64,000 nt of DNA from Octopus sinensis (lineage: Eukaryota), in contig NC_043005.1 in NCBI RefSeq assembly GCF_006345805.1, positions 74,648,001 to 74,712,000 of the forward strand. Direction: 5' to 3'. Shown one piece after another: positions 1-14,580 of the stretch (within the stretch, counting starts at the first letter, position 1; the number at the start of each line of letters is the position of its first letter). The position numbers and the translations under genes were made by a program. Below the pieces are notes generated by a model, which was not told the origin of the DNA, ran no database searches, and worked only from the letters and a program-made list of their open reading frames with translations.

Positions 1-55
1 ACTCGTCTGACTGAACAAATCACACTACAACTTGCAACATAACAGTTAATATAAA

Positions 56-527
56 TACGAGGAGGTGCTAAAAACTTGCTAACTTTTAGGGTGTTGCGAA
101 AGGCTTGGTTGGAGGCCTGACCTTCCGAGTTCTATTACAGGGCTTAGAAAGGATCTTTTCCTTTTGAACGGCACATGTCAACACTATTTCTAGTTAACTA
201 AACACTTTTAAACTTCGTATACTGGTAGAATGTGTTTATAAAACATCATTTTTTTCTTGGCTTTATTGAGAAAATTCTATAGTTTGTAACATATTTCCAC
301 TTTAAAAATCGAGCATTTCGGCAATTTTAACCACCTCCATTTGGGATGAAAACATTCCGTGCTGTATGAATATGTCCCTCAAAAGGAAAAGATCCCTTAG
401 AAAAACTCAAGGATTACTGCAATAAGTGTGTGAATCTGATAGGGGAATATGTTGAATAAAATCATAATTAACTGATCCTCATATTTTCATGTACCCAAAG
501 CCAGGAACTTTTTCAGCAGCCCTCGTA
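56..527 (+). mobile_element. Internally deleted mariner element (relic)
   Basis: TA-flanked imperfect TIRs (CGAGGAGGTGCTAAAAACTTG at 58 / revcomp CGAGGGCTGCTGAAAAAGTTCC ending 525). 397-459 translates LEKLKDYCNKCVNLIGEYVE*, the typical mariner transposase C-terminus. Confidence 0.75.
151..395. mobile_element. Merlin-type MITE (family GGATCTTTTC) nested in the mariner relic
   Basis: TIR GGATCTTTTCCTTTTGA...TCAAAAGGAAAAGATCC. Exact 8-bp TSD CTTAGAAA at 143-150 and 396-403. 5'-GG TIR plus 8-bp TSD matches the Merlin superfamily. Confidence 0.75.
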
Positions 528-654
528 CAAAACCATTCATTTCTGGTGAGGTATTAATTTTTAAATTAAAATATAATCAACTGTCTTTAATAATATTTTC
601 TTCAATCAGTCCAAAAATGAAACTGCCTGCGGGCAATAAAGAAATATATATTAG

Positions 655-1055
655 TCGCAGGAGTGGCTGTGTGGTAAGTAGCTTGCTAACCAGCCACATG
701 GTTCCGGGTTCAGTCCCACTGCGTGGCATCTTGGGCAAGTGTCTTCTGCTATAGTCCCGGGCCGACCAATGCCTTGTGAGTGGATTTGGTAGACGGAAAC
801 TGAAAGAAGCCTGTCGTATATATTCATATATATATATGTGTGTGTGTGATTGTGTGTCTGTGTTTGTCCCCTAGCATTGCTTGACAACCGATGCTGGTGT
901 GTTTACGTCCCCGTAACCTAGCGCTTCGGCAAATGAGACCGATAGAATAAGTACTGGGCTTACAAAGAATAAGTCCCGGGGTCGATTTGCTCGATTAAAG
1001 GCGGTGCTCCAGCATGGCCGCAGTCAAATGACTGAAACAAGTAAAAGAGAGAGTC
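655..1055 (+). mobile_element. tRNA-derived CORE-type SINE (octopus OR-like) with microsatellite and 3' module
   Basis: A-box TGGCTGTGTGGTAAG, B-box GGTTCAGTCCC, CORE-like TTGGGCAAGTGTCTT. The same sequence recurs many times in the window. Confidence 0.75.
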
Positions 1056-3929
1056 AAGTATTGGCTTCTTCCAGTTTGTTTCAAATGTTCCCCTTTGTTC
1101 ATACTCGTCGCCTGTTATGTTAGACACTCATAATTTTTGAGAAAATTTATTATGATAAAACAAAAGCCGCGAAGGAGAATTCATCTTGTACGTCCTTCTA
1201 ACTGTCTTTTGTTTTTCTTAATGTGAAGCTGCATTAATGGATAGAAGACATTTATTACCCAACTGATAAATCTCGCATGTGTAAAAATATTCAAAACATA
1301 ACTAATAATTTTATGAGGGCGTCGAGAACGCTTACACCTTAGATAAACACCTTAATTTTGTTACGCTGGCTGTATGGCTATTATTTGGCTGCTATTAAAT
1401 TTAGCTGCGTGTTGTCCCATAATAAATCAATTATGAAAATTGTTGAAATAACATTTTTTATTATATCGAAGTAAATTACGATAATTACATAATGACATCA
1501 CCGCTTGCCAGGAGCATTATATAGTGCGTTGGTACCGAACGTAACTCTAATTAAATAGTTAACAATAGAGATTAGCTTCGAATGAGAGGCGGGCATAACG
1601 ATTGTCCTTCCTAGTTGAAGAATTCCTTTTAACACGGAATTGAACTTCAGTCAAGGAAAACTTGTCGAGGTAAGGGCTTGTAGCTTGTGTGCTATCGAAG
1701 TCTACTGCTCTCTAATTTGCTCATACAACGACAAAAGCATGGAAACTTCGCAGAACATTCAATAACGTAGGGTGATGTTTCTACAAGCCGATTAATCGGT
1801 AACCGGTGTACACCGCTTAACTCTAGTGTGGACTAAGCTCAGCTATCAAAGCTATGAGGTTTCCATTCTAGGCCTCGCTACAATTTGGAATTTTGAATCT
1901 TAATAACGTTTTGATCCTGTTACTCGCTACATTTTTTTCTTTTGCAATACAGAAACGCGGTAAGTTTAACATAGATAATCCTCCCCAAGGTTTGAAATTC
2001 GTGAATGGGAAATATAATCCGGTGCTCCTTTGGTGTGCGATCTACAAGAGAGATTACTATAGGTTACTTTTTAAATTATTTTGTACATACTTAGCATTGT
2101 AAATGTTTTTTTTTTTTAATTCTTACTATTTTGATATTAAGAAAACCATATAATAATTAAAATAAGCGCGTAGATCACCCACCAAAGTAAATTTGCTCAC
2201 GTAGATCACACGGAAATTATCAATAACACAAAGTAAACTAAAAAGTAACCTAAAGTAACCTCCCTTTAAATTGTAGAGCACATGGCAAGGTGGCACACTT
2301 CTTTTCTTAGGTAATTATGTGGATTTAGTGCTGGTTTCTTGTAAAAATGCAACTGTCTTCTGGCTTCTTGTAAAAATGCAACTGCCTTCGTCTCGTTGCT
2401 GTTCACTTTGTAACAATCTTTAGCCAACATCTTACCAGTTTTTAGAAATTGAAAAGTAAATTAAAGATTAACCTAAAGTAGTCTCCCTTGTAGATCACAC
2501 GCCAAAGGAGCACCTATAACCCTCATCTTCTAGGAAGCATGATTAAGTTTTCCAGACTGATTTAAAGGAAGAAATATTGTCCTTGACACCGGGAATATGT
2601 TTATTCTCTTTTCTCCTACCAACTGATGATAGCCCAGTGTTTCATCAAGCGGGAGATTAAGCTGTTATCTCCTTAGATGCAAGAGAATCCAGATTTTTGC
2701 AGAAACAAGATTTGATCTTTTATCTTTCACTTGTGTTAGTCTTTGGACTGCGGCCATGAAGAAGCACCTTCTCGAAGGGTTTAGTCGAACAAATTCTTTA
2801 AACCTGATATTTATTCTGTCTCTTTAATTATCTATACCCTATCCGTGAGGATTAGCAGCAATGTTACAAATCAATATCGTTATGGTTGACTGAGAATTAA
2901 GGGAATACTATGATTGATTGAAAAACAATAACTAAACATATTCTGTTGTGTCTGGGGAGAGTCATTTTCTTTTAGTGTCTTATAATGTAACACACTCACC
3001 AGTAAAATTTCCCCTTATTTCTTATTTTTATTTTCCTAAAATTTTCGTTGCATCTTGCAACCTTTTCAATAGTCTTGACACACGAACTCATATATAGAAT
3101 CTTGTAAACCAAATCCAAAAACGAAAAAATAATTTTTGCTTTATATTATAAAGCTCCATAAAATGAAGTCTAATTGCGATATGTGAACATTGAATAGATT
3201 ATGCACTGTCAGAAATTTTGCAGAAAAGTAAAAAAAAAACATTCATTATACATCAATAAACAGAAAAAATCCTGAACATCTGGATATTTGAGCGGTAAAG
3301 CAAATATCAGACATAAAAAAGCAAAAATAAAATAATATCGATTTTTATGTAGAGCACGTAGAAGACTTCCGATTTATAAGAGAGAATAAATGTAATTATA
3401 CAATACTCATGCCTCTCCTTATACCATTAGCGTTTAACTACACAAGTATGCACTCCCCACTAACTTTGCTGCTACTGCTGTTGTAATCCGGATTTAAAAT
3501 GACAGGATCTTCTAGGGATTTGAATAATACGAATTTCGCGTGAACAGTCTAAAAAAACAACCAATCATTCAAAAGCTATACCTTGAACAGTATTTCGAAT
3601 GTTCTTGAAATTCTCACCTTTTTCCCTAGTTAAGCAGTTTGCCGCCTACGTAACAGCAGGGTGGTGTTGGTAGTCAAGCGGGTCAGATCTTCGCTTTCAC
3701 ACAACAAACTAAGGGGAAAAAACCCATAACAATTTGCGATGGACTCATATCATTTGTCTTTCACCTTCCAGATAGCAAGTGGCCAAACATGCAGTTAAAT
3801 CAATTCTTACATACTATTCTTATAACCAGTGTAAGGTTGATAATTTATGTATGCATAACGTTCTATTAAAATCTTCAGATTTCTTGAATATCTCCCCTAT
3901 CAAAAAGAAATGGAAATTTTCTAGGACTT

Positions 3930-4170
3930 AGAGATCAAAGGAAGAATGCAACTGGCTTGTCAAGTTTTGTGGCAGCCAAATCATCGATGTGCAAAAACCA
4001 TATGGTGGAGGACACCAATAGGAGATCACAGAAAACGAAGAAGATCAAAGCTTATAGGGTAGCGAATCTTTCGGGAAGATCTGAAGGCTCTTAACAGACG
4101 ATGGGAAAACAGAAAAACTATATGCAACCAATCAAGAACACTGGAGGAGAACTTATGCAAACATAGGTGA
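3930..4170 (+). mobile_element. Degenerate RTE-like LINE ORF C-terminal fragment
   Basis: Partial translation W..P...R.KR.R...W...FREDLKAL...WE resembles the RTE post-RT region. Heavily decayed. Confidence 0.35.
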
Positions 4171-7100
4171 TTAATCGAGGACATTTTTTTCCATTGTCGT
4201 TCGCAAGTTGAGCAACCACGTAGATGCTCCTCTATAAATGAAATAAAGCTCTTTTATAAACACTGGTATTTCTTTCAAAATTCGGTGACACACCTGAACT
4301 AAAAATATAGGGGAAAAACTTATATTCTAGTTACACTGCGGCATGCCTAGCATAGTCTCATGGCACACCAGTGTGCCATAGCATACCGGTTTGGGAGCAC
4401 TTCTCAAGAACACAACACACATCCCAGTTCAGGAATCAAACTTATAATCTCCTGATTGTAAGCACTAACCACTGGGCCATGCACCTTCGCTCAAAAGGTA
4501 TTTGTAGAAAATTTCATTAGGAAAAAAAACCCTCAAATTTTTAAATGCTATGAGGAAACAAAGTCTATTTGTGTGGATTATCTGAAACACCTCGCCAAAA
4601 AGTTTTTCACATTAAATTCCCATATAATCAGAATCTACACCACCTTAAAGCTTTTATAGAAAATTTCACTGAACAATATCCCTGAATTTTAAGAGGAAAC
4701 AAAGTGGAAGGGCACACTTCTGTAGGCATGCCCTAATATCAACACACTTCCCAAGTTTCTACTTTATATATTTCCCTGAACACCACAGAAATTATAAACT
4801 ACACATTGAATGTATATCACTTTGGCAATATTTCATTATCGTTAATACAGGAAGGCAATAAGACTTTTTACATTCAGTTTAGTTCTTTTGATATGTATTT
4901 AGTAAGCCTGCATTGATATTCGATTACGTCTACAATATTATATAATATTTAGTAAGTATAAATATATATACCTCTCAAACCCTAACTTTCCTCTGCCCTA
5001 TCTCACCCCCATAATACAATAAACACACAGTATTCGTGTACAACACAAAAACACACGCAACTTCTGCACATAAACATATACTGTACACACCATAGGGTCA
5101 CACACACGTGTACATACTACTCAAGCAAGCACACATTAACTACTACAGACACCTGATAGCTTCACACATACACACACAATATAGGCTCGTACTATATACA
5201 ACTTCACACACATATACAATACATATCCTTTCGCACTCTCACACATATACACATGCATAAATACACAGAACACACATCACTTCACACTGGTTTACTTATA
5301 CCCATACATGCTCCCATACAGGTTCACATAATCCTAAGCTCACGCACACAGCGCTTGCACGCCCCATTTCACCCAGGTCACCCTTATTATCTCCCCTTCA
5401 CTCAGCCTCTTTCTTCCTGTCATTTTATGTTAAACCATTTATCCCAATATATTTTTTTCTCTTTCTCCATTTTTTCCTCTCATCCCTTTCTGCCGAAGAG
5501 CATAGACTCGAATTGTCAAAGACTTTTCCATTCTTCCTGAGCATCAAACTAGTACATCTGCTTATTGTTCCCTCACCTGTCTTTGTCTCGTTTTCTGTAC
5601 ATTTCAACTATATGTATTTCTTTTCTACTCTAGGCACAAGGCCCGAAATTTTTGTGGTGGGGGCTAGTCAATTAAATCAATCCCAGTACGCAGCTGGTAC
5701 TTAATTTATTGACCCTGAAAGGATGAAAGGCAAGGTGAACCTTGACAGAATTTGAACTCAGAGAATAAAGATAGAAGAAATACTACTAAGAATTTCATCC
5801 AGCATGCTAACATTTCTGCTAGCTCACTGTCTTGAACTATGTATTTCACAAATGCACGTGTGTATATGTGCAGGGGTGGTTACAGTGTGGTTGAATAGTT
5901 AAGAAATTTGTTTCACAACCATGACATAACAGGTTCAATTCCACTGTGTGAGACATTGGCCAAATATAATTTTCTGTTGCCTTGGGTCTATCTATAGCTT
6001 GTAAGTGAAATTGGAAACAGAATAGAAACCTGTAAGTCCTATTGTACCTGTAATTTGAAATACACAGCCTCGTCACGCTGGTTCTACCTGAGAATTACGT
6101 TAAAGGTACATGGGTGTCTATGGAATGCTCAACCACTTACACGTTAATTCAAAAGCGGATAACCTCAGTTCTTTCATGGAACGATGGAGATTCACCACAC
6201 CTCTGTTTGGTATTTCATACCGAGAAAGGCTAAAGAGCTAGAAACCTGTCTATATCTGTTTGGAGAAGAGAAAGTGGAGGAAATAAGAAAAAAAATATTG
6301 TTCATCAATTTTCAAAATAAATACACAAACAAAAGTAAAATTATTATCCTTTTTATTAAAATAGTTATTGAAAAATCATCAAAGTGAATGTGCAGGGTAG
6401 AAAAAAAAATAAATAACAAAAATCAATAAATTAATGGTGACATATTTATCACAATTTGACAGGATTATGAAGATAAATTTAAATGCTGCTAGATTTTGTT
6501 CATAATTTAACAGCCTTCAAGATTATAACTGTATACTCTGATTAGAAAGTTATTGATAACAAAACTGTATAATATAGCAAAGATTTACTTGGGTATTAAT
6601 AACAGATTTATGTTGGTTCTACATCTAATAATAATTATTCTTTCTACCATTGGCACAAGACCTGAAATTTGGGAGAATGGGGTTGCTGATTACATCAACC
6701 CAGCATCAAACCGATACTGATTTTATCAACCATGACAAAATTTGAGCTCGAAATGTAAAGCTGAGAGAAATACTGGTAAGTATTTTGTATGGCACAATAA
6801 CAATTCTATGAGTTTGTTGCCTATCTTGTTCCTTTCTATAGGCACAAGGCCTGTAATCCAGGGAAAGGGGGGCTAGTCAATTACATCGACCCCGCAAGTG
6901 CTCGCCTGGTGCTCATTTCACCAACCCTGGAAGGATGAAAGGAAAAGTCAACCATGGCAGCATCTGAACTCAGATCATCAAGCCAGAAGAATGTAGCTAA
7001 ATATTTTGTCTGAAGAGTTCCAAGCAACTTGAAGAGGGAAGAAAACATTATAGTTAAATTCACAATTTGAGAAATTAAAGTTGAAGGGAAACAAAAAAAT

Positions 7101-10100
7101 TTTTAAATGTTTAGAATTTGGTCCTGCTTTTGACACTGATCAGGAAAACAGAATTGATACATATTTAAGTAAACAGAACTTCACCTAATTAACCTAAAGC
7201 TGTAAATAAAGACATCCAATTCAAAGACTATTCTAAGTACACTTTTGATATAATCTTTAAACTATAAGGCAAAAATATATTTAAGACCCTAATTGTTTGA
7301 AATTTTGTATATAAAAAGTATATATTAGCAAGCCCTATATAAGATACAAAATGTGTGATATATTGTGCATTTCCCAAGGCCACTTAGTGACAGAAGTAAA
7401 ATAGAAGTAGCCACAGCCAAGAATCAGAACTAAGATGTAAACTCTGGCTCACTAACAGCCAACACCCTATCTTTATAGTACAGTATTACAACTAGATGTT
7501 AGCTTACATTGTGTAACAATTTTTTGTTTTTGTCTTTGGTCAGTAAGTGTTATTTTGTACTTGTTTCTATCTAGAACTCAAAGGAAATTGCTGCTATTTC
7601 CTTCAACCTTTGCTTTCCTAACTTGGACGTCAATGTTTTGAAACTGACCTATTTTCCATTACATTTCAAACAGATTCAACATTGAGTTGCTGAGGCAGAA
7701 ATAATGTTATAGCAAATGTTCTGCTCAATACCACTGGTCTGCTTGACCATAACCAGTTGAGCATGTCCCTCAGTGACTGACAATGTGTGTGTCAGGAATA
7801 GTGGGGGGAGCGGGACATCATAGCTGTGTACTGAGAAAGATTCTTTGGGGTTTGAAACAAAAGCAAAGTTTAAAGGAAATATAAACCATTTCCATACTTT
7901 CTAAAGGCAAGCAAATAGGAAATAACATTGGCTACCTAAGGGCAAAAATCGGGTTATACAGTATTATGTAAGAGCTAACAACATAGCTCGTTTGCATCAG
8001 CATGGCTTGCTAGAAACAGCAGGCAAATTTCCTTAAAATCACACATAACCATCTTCAAAAAATAAATAAAAATACATTATGTAATATAGTTCTTGATATA
8101 GATACACTATGTCTAAAAATGAAATGAGATGGTCAAGGCAGATCTCAAGGACTATTTACCAGGGTTCAAACAGAAGCCAAACAACCTAAGTTTTGTGTGT
8201 GTAAACAAAGGCCTTCTGTCAAGATTATTCTAACCCTCTTAATACCAATTAGCCTAAAACCACCTGTTCTATGACACAAACTTCCTGATTAAGCGTGATC
8301 TGAAAACCTTCCATCATAATGACAAGGTGGTCCTAAACACTATTAAAGGACTAATGTCTTATACAAGGTACTTCACTGTTTTCAAAATTCATTGAAACAA
8401 AGCAGTGAAATATGGCAACACAAAGGTTAATTGAAGCATTCTGGTATGGGGGAAAATAACTCCAAAACTGATCTATACTATATCCCTATGAACAACCTTC
8501 TGTGAGAATTAAACTATCGTATAGAAGAAACTGAAGCTGAACACAACAGGATGGCTTTTAAGATTAGTTCTTTTCAAGTGATAAAGAAATGGAATAACAA
8601 TATCAGTGGGGAATACAAGTAACTATTTTGTGGGGTCATTTATAATGTAGCGATGGAAAAAAAAATAGTATTGATAGTTATACTAAGAAAAATAATAAAA
8701 ATTAGTTCAAAAGTAAGGGGGGGGGGATATTGAAGAATGTTTAGATATTACACTGTCAAAATTATTTTAATACAAAAAGTGTGAAATTCTAACAATTCAA
8801 TAAAGTCCCATGAAATAAAGAATTTTTTAAGAAAAACAGCAAAAATCATCACTTTTTTTTTAGTGACAGTTTTTTCTTTCATGTGCAAAAGAGAATCACA
8901 ACCAATGTGTTTGGAAAGGAAATAACAGTCATATATATATACATTTACATATATTTCATAAATGGTACAAAAATTTAACATGATCCTGTTGTAGCCAGTA
9001 ATAAACAAAAAAAAATGAACAAAACTTATATAACAAAGACTTATTTACAAATGGTACCTAAAAAAAGCACCAGCTTTTAGATACAAAATAACATGTTGAA
9101 GAAGGTAATGGTTTCAAATTTCCGTAATTGTTTCACCAATTCTAGGAGCAAAGGGTAAGTGAATTACATTAATCCCAGTACTCAACTGGTATTTTATCAA
9201 CTCTTAAAAGGATGAAAGGCATAGTCAGCCTCAGTAAAATTTTTAATAGAGAACAAAGAGCCAGATGAAAGGTCACTAGACATTTTGTCTGAGAGGCTAA
9301 CAATTCTGCTTGTTCACTACCTTAAAAAAAGTTAAGAATTTAATACCTGAACCTTGTTCAACAAGCCTCCTCTGTCACTACTAATCCAAGACCAGAATAA
9401 CAGAATTACACATAATTTTATAAAATTTAATTTTTTTTAAAATAATTTTTATTAATTTTTGAGACTTTAGCTCTTCTCACAGATTGAAAATGTTTTAACT
9501 AGAGACTTTGGATTTTCTCTACTTCAAAATCCAAACAACCTACTAGTCAAGTAAATTTCCTTTTTACTTCTTTTACCATTTCTCAAACAAAGTATGTACA
9601 AATGTTGGATTGCAAATGGTTAAAAAAAAAAGATAGTGCCATCATTAATTAAACTAGCAAACTACTGTTTGTATTGACTGATATTCAACCATTCATTAAC
9701 ATAAATAAGCATCAGTGGTTTGAGATTTATATTAATCTTAAAGAAGGCATAAAAAATGCACTTAATATTACAGTGAAAAAGACAACACTATCTTTCAAAA
9801 AGAAAAAAAGGGTTAGACTTCCCAAACCAATATTTTGTGTGTATGTGCATGCATATACATGTGCGTGTGTGTGATAAGACAAAGAAAGAAGACACCAACA
9901 TTTCAATAAAGCTGTATATATAGGGGAGACTTGAGGTTTGTAGAAGTGAGAAGTTAACTCCTACGGCAATTTTCTTTTTTTTTTTCTGAATTACATTGAT
10001 AATTACATAAGGCTAAACCTACTTAATCTTCTTGAAAACAAATGGGAGTCAATGATTGTCCATACACAATACATATTGAAGACATCGACATCTCAAAGAG

Positions 10101-12027
10101 TACCACTGACAAATGAATACAATAACCAGTCACTTTCCAAGCACCATAAAACTTCTATGCAATAACAATGATTAAAGAACACAAACACTGATAAATAGAG
10201 TATGAAACTGGAAGCTGACTAGAAATAAACAAGCTAATCTGCAACAAGTAGGCTCCCAACATTGTACTTAAGTTTGCAAAACCAAATAAATAAATAAGCA
10301 ACTACATCATTAGTCACATAAGTATAATGACATTTTAAGCATTAACACAATGTTAGATGCTGTTTAACTGCTGAGGTGGCTGCAACATGATATCATTTAA
10401 TCAAAGTTTAATTTACTCACAACTGAAAAACTCAGTTACAGCATTTCACTTCTAAGATAACAGCAACTTAAATAGGTTTCACAAATTCACAAGAAGCTAA
10501 CTTAAAATTTCTGGTGAATGAACTGTTTTACAGCCTAAAATAGCACTCATAAAACCATCTTCAGAAACTGTAAAAGGACACAGCTTCAAACATTTCGAAT
10601 CAATCAAACCCACTTTCTTTAATTTTTTTCTTTCTTAAAGAAGACAGGTTCCAATTAATTTCAGACACTAGCATCTATACAAAGAGAAGTTATTAAAGAA
10701 ACTTAATAACTATACTGTTTTAGTGGATTTTTAAAAAATGTCAAACTTGGGAATCAGCCAAGGATGTTATTCCAACAAAACAATTTGGTGTGGGGAGATG
10801 GAATTACTTTCAAAATGTCACTTATGCAATACCATAACTTGCTTCTGGAGAAATAAGAGATGGGAACATGAATTTTCACTTTTTTTTATTTTTGAAACTT
10901 TTTTTAAGAATCTTAACTAATATTTTCATTTGATTTTTAAATTAAATTACTTTGCTTCACATTCAAAAGAGACAAAAGACTAAATATGAACAAAAACATT
11001 TATGATAAATAAAAATTCTAAAAGTTGAAAATAAATCTTTAATTTTATCTACAAAATATCATTTTTAAGCTAAAATTTTCATAAACTGTGATTAGCAAAA
11101 ACAAACAAAAAAGAAAGACTGTTTTGAAAATAAATATATAAATCTATAAAATATTAGAAATAATATTTCTTTCCCCAATAGGCACATGACCTGAAACTTT
11201 GAGGGAGAGAGCTGGTTGATTACATCAATCCTAGTGCTCAACTGATATTTATTTTATCAATCTCAAAAGGAAGACAAGCTAAGTCAACCTTGGCAGCATT
11301 TGAATACAGAACTTAAAGAGCCGAAAGAATGCCACTAAGAGCTTCGTCTGACATGCTGACGATTCTGCCAGCTCACCACCTTTAATCTGAGAAATAATGA
11401 AATTAAATAATTTGGAATGTATTTTTTATCTTAATTCAGAAAAGTATTTGCAAAAACAGAGAAACAAAAGTTGTTTATTTTCTACTAACAAAACAGAACA
11501 TTTTGTGCAGTTACATATTTCCAGGTAAGAGAAATGTTATATAATCACCAAAGACACCGAGACAAAACCAGGAAAGTCAGATCACAGAAGGAACATTGAA
11601 TAAACTCAGAGTTATTTACTTTAGAGAAATTGCTAGCCTTGAAAATAAGAATAACTCGAGGAATTATTGAAAGAAATAGTAAGAAAAAAAACCTAAAAGC
11701 TACAAGTATTTACTTCATTGTCTTAAATAGTTATCTTAAAACTTAAAGTAATTTGAATGCAAAATAATAAATAAATAAAAATTAAAGGGAAAATGTCAGA
11801 GTTATTCTTGTTTTTGTGTAACATTTGAGAAAATAATTTCTAAATGTATGTAAAAGCATTTTTTTTTCCCTCAACCAACTGCGGTTTTTGTAGGAAAATA
11901 GTGTTACTCCAGTATTAATCCAAGTGCTTCTTTTCACTTTGACCTGATTTAGCATAGAAATTTAACATGGTCCAGTATATCACAGGAACATAGCAATACT
12001 TGATCTCTATATTTCTTCTTCCTCTTC

Positions 12028-12117
12028 TTACACCAATGAATTGACTTGCCTGGTCTTTGTAATTATGTACGGAGAAGGATTATCTCCATTATAAGGGAAA
12101 ACATGATTCTCAGGTCG
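12028..12117 (-). CDS. Host gene, last coding exon (RPENHVFPYNGDNPSPYIITKTRQVNSLV*)
   Basis: Acceptor T9-CTTATTTTCAG|CGA at 12118/12117. Phase 0 matches the preceding exon. TAA at 12030-12028. Confidence 0.75.
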   Translation of the reverse strand, partial: RPENHVFPYNGDNPSPYIITKTRQVNSLV

Positions 12118-12319
12118 CTGAAAATAAGAAAAAAAAATTAATATAAATGTGTGTGTGTGTGTGAGTACATAGATGCATAAAATGTGTGGATTTTAAAACT
12201 GATAACCCTACTCAATCTTTATAGTGGTTGCCTACCTTCACTCCCTTTTCCTATTTCCCCTATCTCATGTATTTTTGTTTTGTTTGTTCCTTCTCGAGCC
12301 ATGCCTGGCTCATAAGGGC

Positions 12320-12560
12320 CAGTTTCCCAGTTTGCTTGGCGTATAGGTTCCCCACCTGGACAGGACGCTGGTCCGTCACAGGTGAGCTGCAAGATGCAGG
12401 AGGAAAGAGTGGGAGAAAGTTGTGGTGGAAGAGTCAGCAGAAGTTTGCCATTACCTTCTGCCGGAGCCGCGTGGAGCTTAGGTGTTTCGTTCATAAATAT
12501 ACACATCGCCCGGTCTGAGATTCGAACTCGTGATCCCTTAACCGCTCTAACCACAAGGCC
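12320..12560 (-). mobile_element. tRNA-headed SINE
   Basis: Revcomp shows TGGTTAGAGCGG...GAGTTCGAATCTC A/B boxes followed by a non-tRNA body. Related to 30475-30762. Confidence 0.6.
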
Positions 12561-13424
12561 ATGTGCCTCTCGTATAAACCCCTACTCATCCACACTCCTA
12601 GTTACTCTGTCCCAACCCACTTTTACTCACCCGTATACTTTGAGGCGGGAGCCACTTGGACACAGCAAAAACTTGCTTTGCTCCACTCACTTCTTTCATA
12701 CCTTGACTTATCTCCTAACATAAAGACACTTACCTTCTCAGATTTCATAGCCTTGCAAACCACATGGCAACCTCACTCATGCCAGTGGCATGGAAAAAAA
12801 GCATACAGTACACCCTGTAAACTGGATGACATTAGGGAAGGTATCCAGCTGTAGAAATCATACCAAAACAGACTTTGGGGTACTTGGACATAATGGGTCT
12901 TCTCAAACTGTCCAACACACACCAGCTTGAGACATGGATGTTAAATGATGATGATTCTAGTTTTGTGATTTTCTATGAAGATGGTCTAACAAAATTTTTA
13001 ATTTAATTTTTAAAATTTTAATCAAATTCAAAAATCTTCAATTATATAATTGATCATGCAAATGGCACATAAAAGCACCTATTACACACTCAGAATGGTT
13101 GACATTAGGAAGGGCATCCAACTGTAGACAAACCATGCCAAATCAGACTGGAGTCTGATGCAGCCTTCAAACTTAACAGCCCTGGTCAAACCACCCAACC
13201 CATGCCAGCGTAGATAACAGACGTTAAATGATGGTGATGATGAAAGGCAGCAAAGTACCAGACTGAATGATGCAACACTTTCCACTATTCACTGAGTTCA
13301 AGGTATACAAGAATTGCTAAATACTAGGATCAGTATACTACCAACACATCTTCTAGAAATTTGATACTTTGTCAAAAGAAATTGAATTTGTCCATAAAAA
13401 TATGTAATGAAATTTAAGTCTTAC

Positions 13425-13537
13425 TTTCCGTAAAATTGGTTTTAAAGGTGTGCTGCAATTCGGTTGCTGTTTCTCAACAGAATCACAGTCTTGTTCAAGA
13501 TGCATGTTCCATTTCAGATGACGAGGTGTTCTGGGAG
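13425..13537 (-). CDS. Host gene coding exon (PRTPRHLKWNMHLEQDCDSVEKQQPNCSTPLKPILRK)
   Basis: Acceptor TATTATTTTAATAG, donor AAA|GTAAGA, 113 nt, phase 1 to 0, open frame. Confidence 0.8.
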
Positions 13538-14061
13538 CTATTAAAATAATACAAAATATGGAATAAAATAAATTGTATATTCAACAAAATACCGACAACT
13601 GAAAACACAAAAATTTCAGCAAAAAGGTGGTTTTTATCAACGTTCTGACAATTAGGAATTTAAATCTTAAAACAAATTCTTTTCTAATAAAGTCAACCTA
13701 ATTTCCAGTTCAAAACAATCTAATTACATTCTATATTTCTAAAAATGTCAAAACTTTATGCTTTTCTAATTCATCCATCCACGTTAGGTCATGCTGGAGC
13801 GAATGTTAGATAACTGCATAGCTATCTTTTAGCCAAGCACACAATCATGAACCAAAAGAATTCATTTCATAAGTTATGCAAACTTAAGCAGAGTTATGTA
13901 CCTTGCTTGAGGCTACAACACCGTAACGAAAACAATGTTAGCACTTGTTTTAATCCCACATCCATTCAATCATCAAGAACACTAAAGTTTGCTACTAAAC
14001 TAAGCAACTAAGTACAAAAGTTACAAATTAAAAATAGATGCCTCTCAACTCCGTCTATTCA

Positions 14062-14090
14062 ATTTTTTTTTTCTTATTTTCAGCGACCTG
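14062..14090. promoter_or_regulatory. Intronic element complementary to the last 3' splice site (12111-12139)
   Basis: Plus-strand T10-CTTATTTTCAGCGACCTG equals the reverse complement of 12111-12137 over 27 nt. A regulatory function is inference. Confidence 0.55.
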
Positions 14091-14199
14091 TATATAAATA
14101 TGAATATTTCCCACAAATCATGTAACTTTCATCCATCCAAGATTGAAAATTTAAATACCTTCATATTCCTGTTAAAAATTTGTACTATTGTATCAATAT

Positions 14200-14580
14200 T
14201 TCTTTTATTCTTTTATTTGTTTCAGTCATCTGATTCTGACCATGCTGGAGCACCAACTTGAAGGATCTTAGTCGAACAAATCGACCCCATGATTTATTCT
14301 TTGTAAGCCTAGTACTTATTCTATCGATCTCTTTTGCCAAACAGCCAAGTTATGGGGACATAAACACACCAACACTGGTTGTGAAGCAGTGATAAGTGGA
14401 ACAAGCACACACACACACATATATATGACAAGGCTTTTTTCAGATTCCATCTACCAAATCCAATCACAAGGCTTTGGTTGGCCTGAGGATACAGTAGAAG
14501 ACACTTGCCCAAGGCACAATGTAGTGGGACTGAACCTGGAACCATGTGGTTGGGAAGCAAGGTTCTTACCACACGGCCAT
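14200..14580 (-). mobile_element. CORE-type SINE copy
   Basis: Reverse-complement homology to 655-1055 with CpG decay. Confidence 0.7.

Noticed and set aside
2270-2440. Possible transposase N-terminus on the minus strand with a duplicated TCTTGTAAAAATGCAACTG
   Set aside because: Too short and degenerate, with no TIR or TSD that I could establish.
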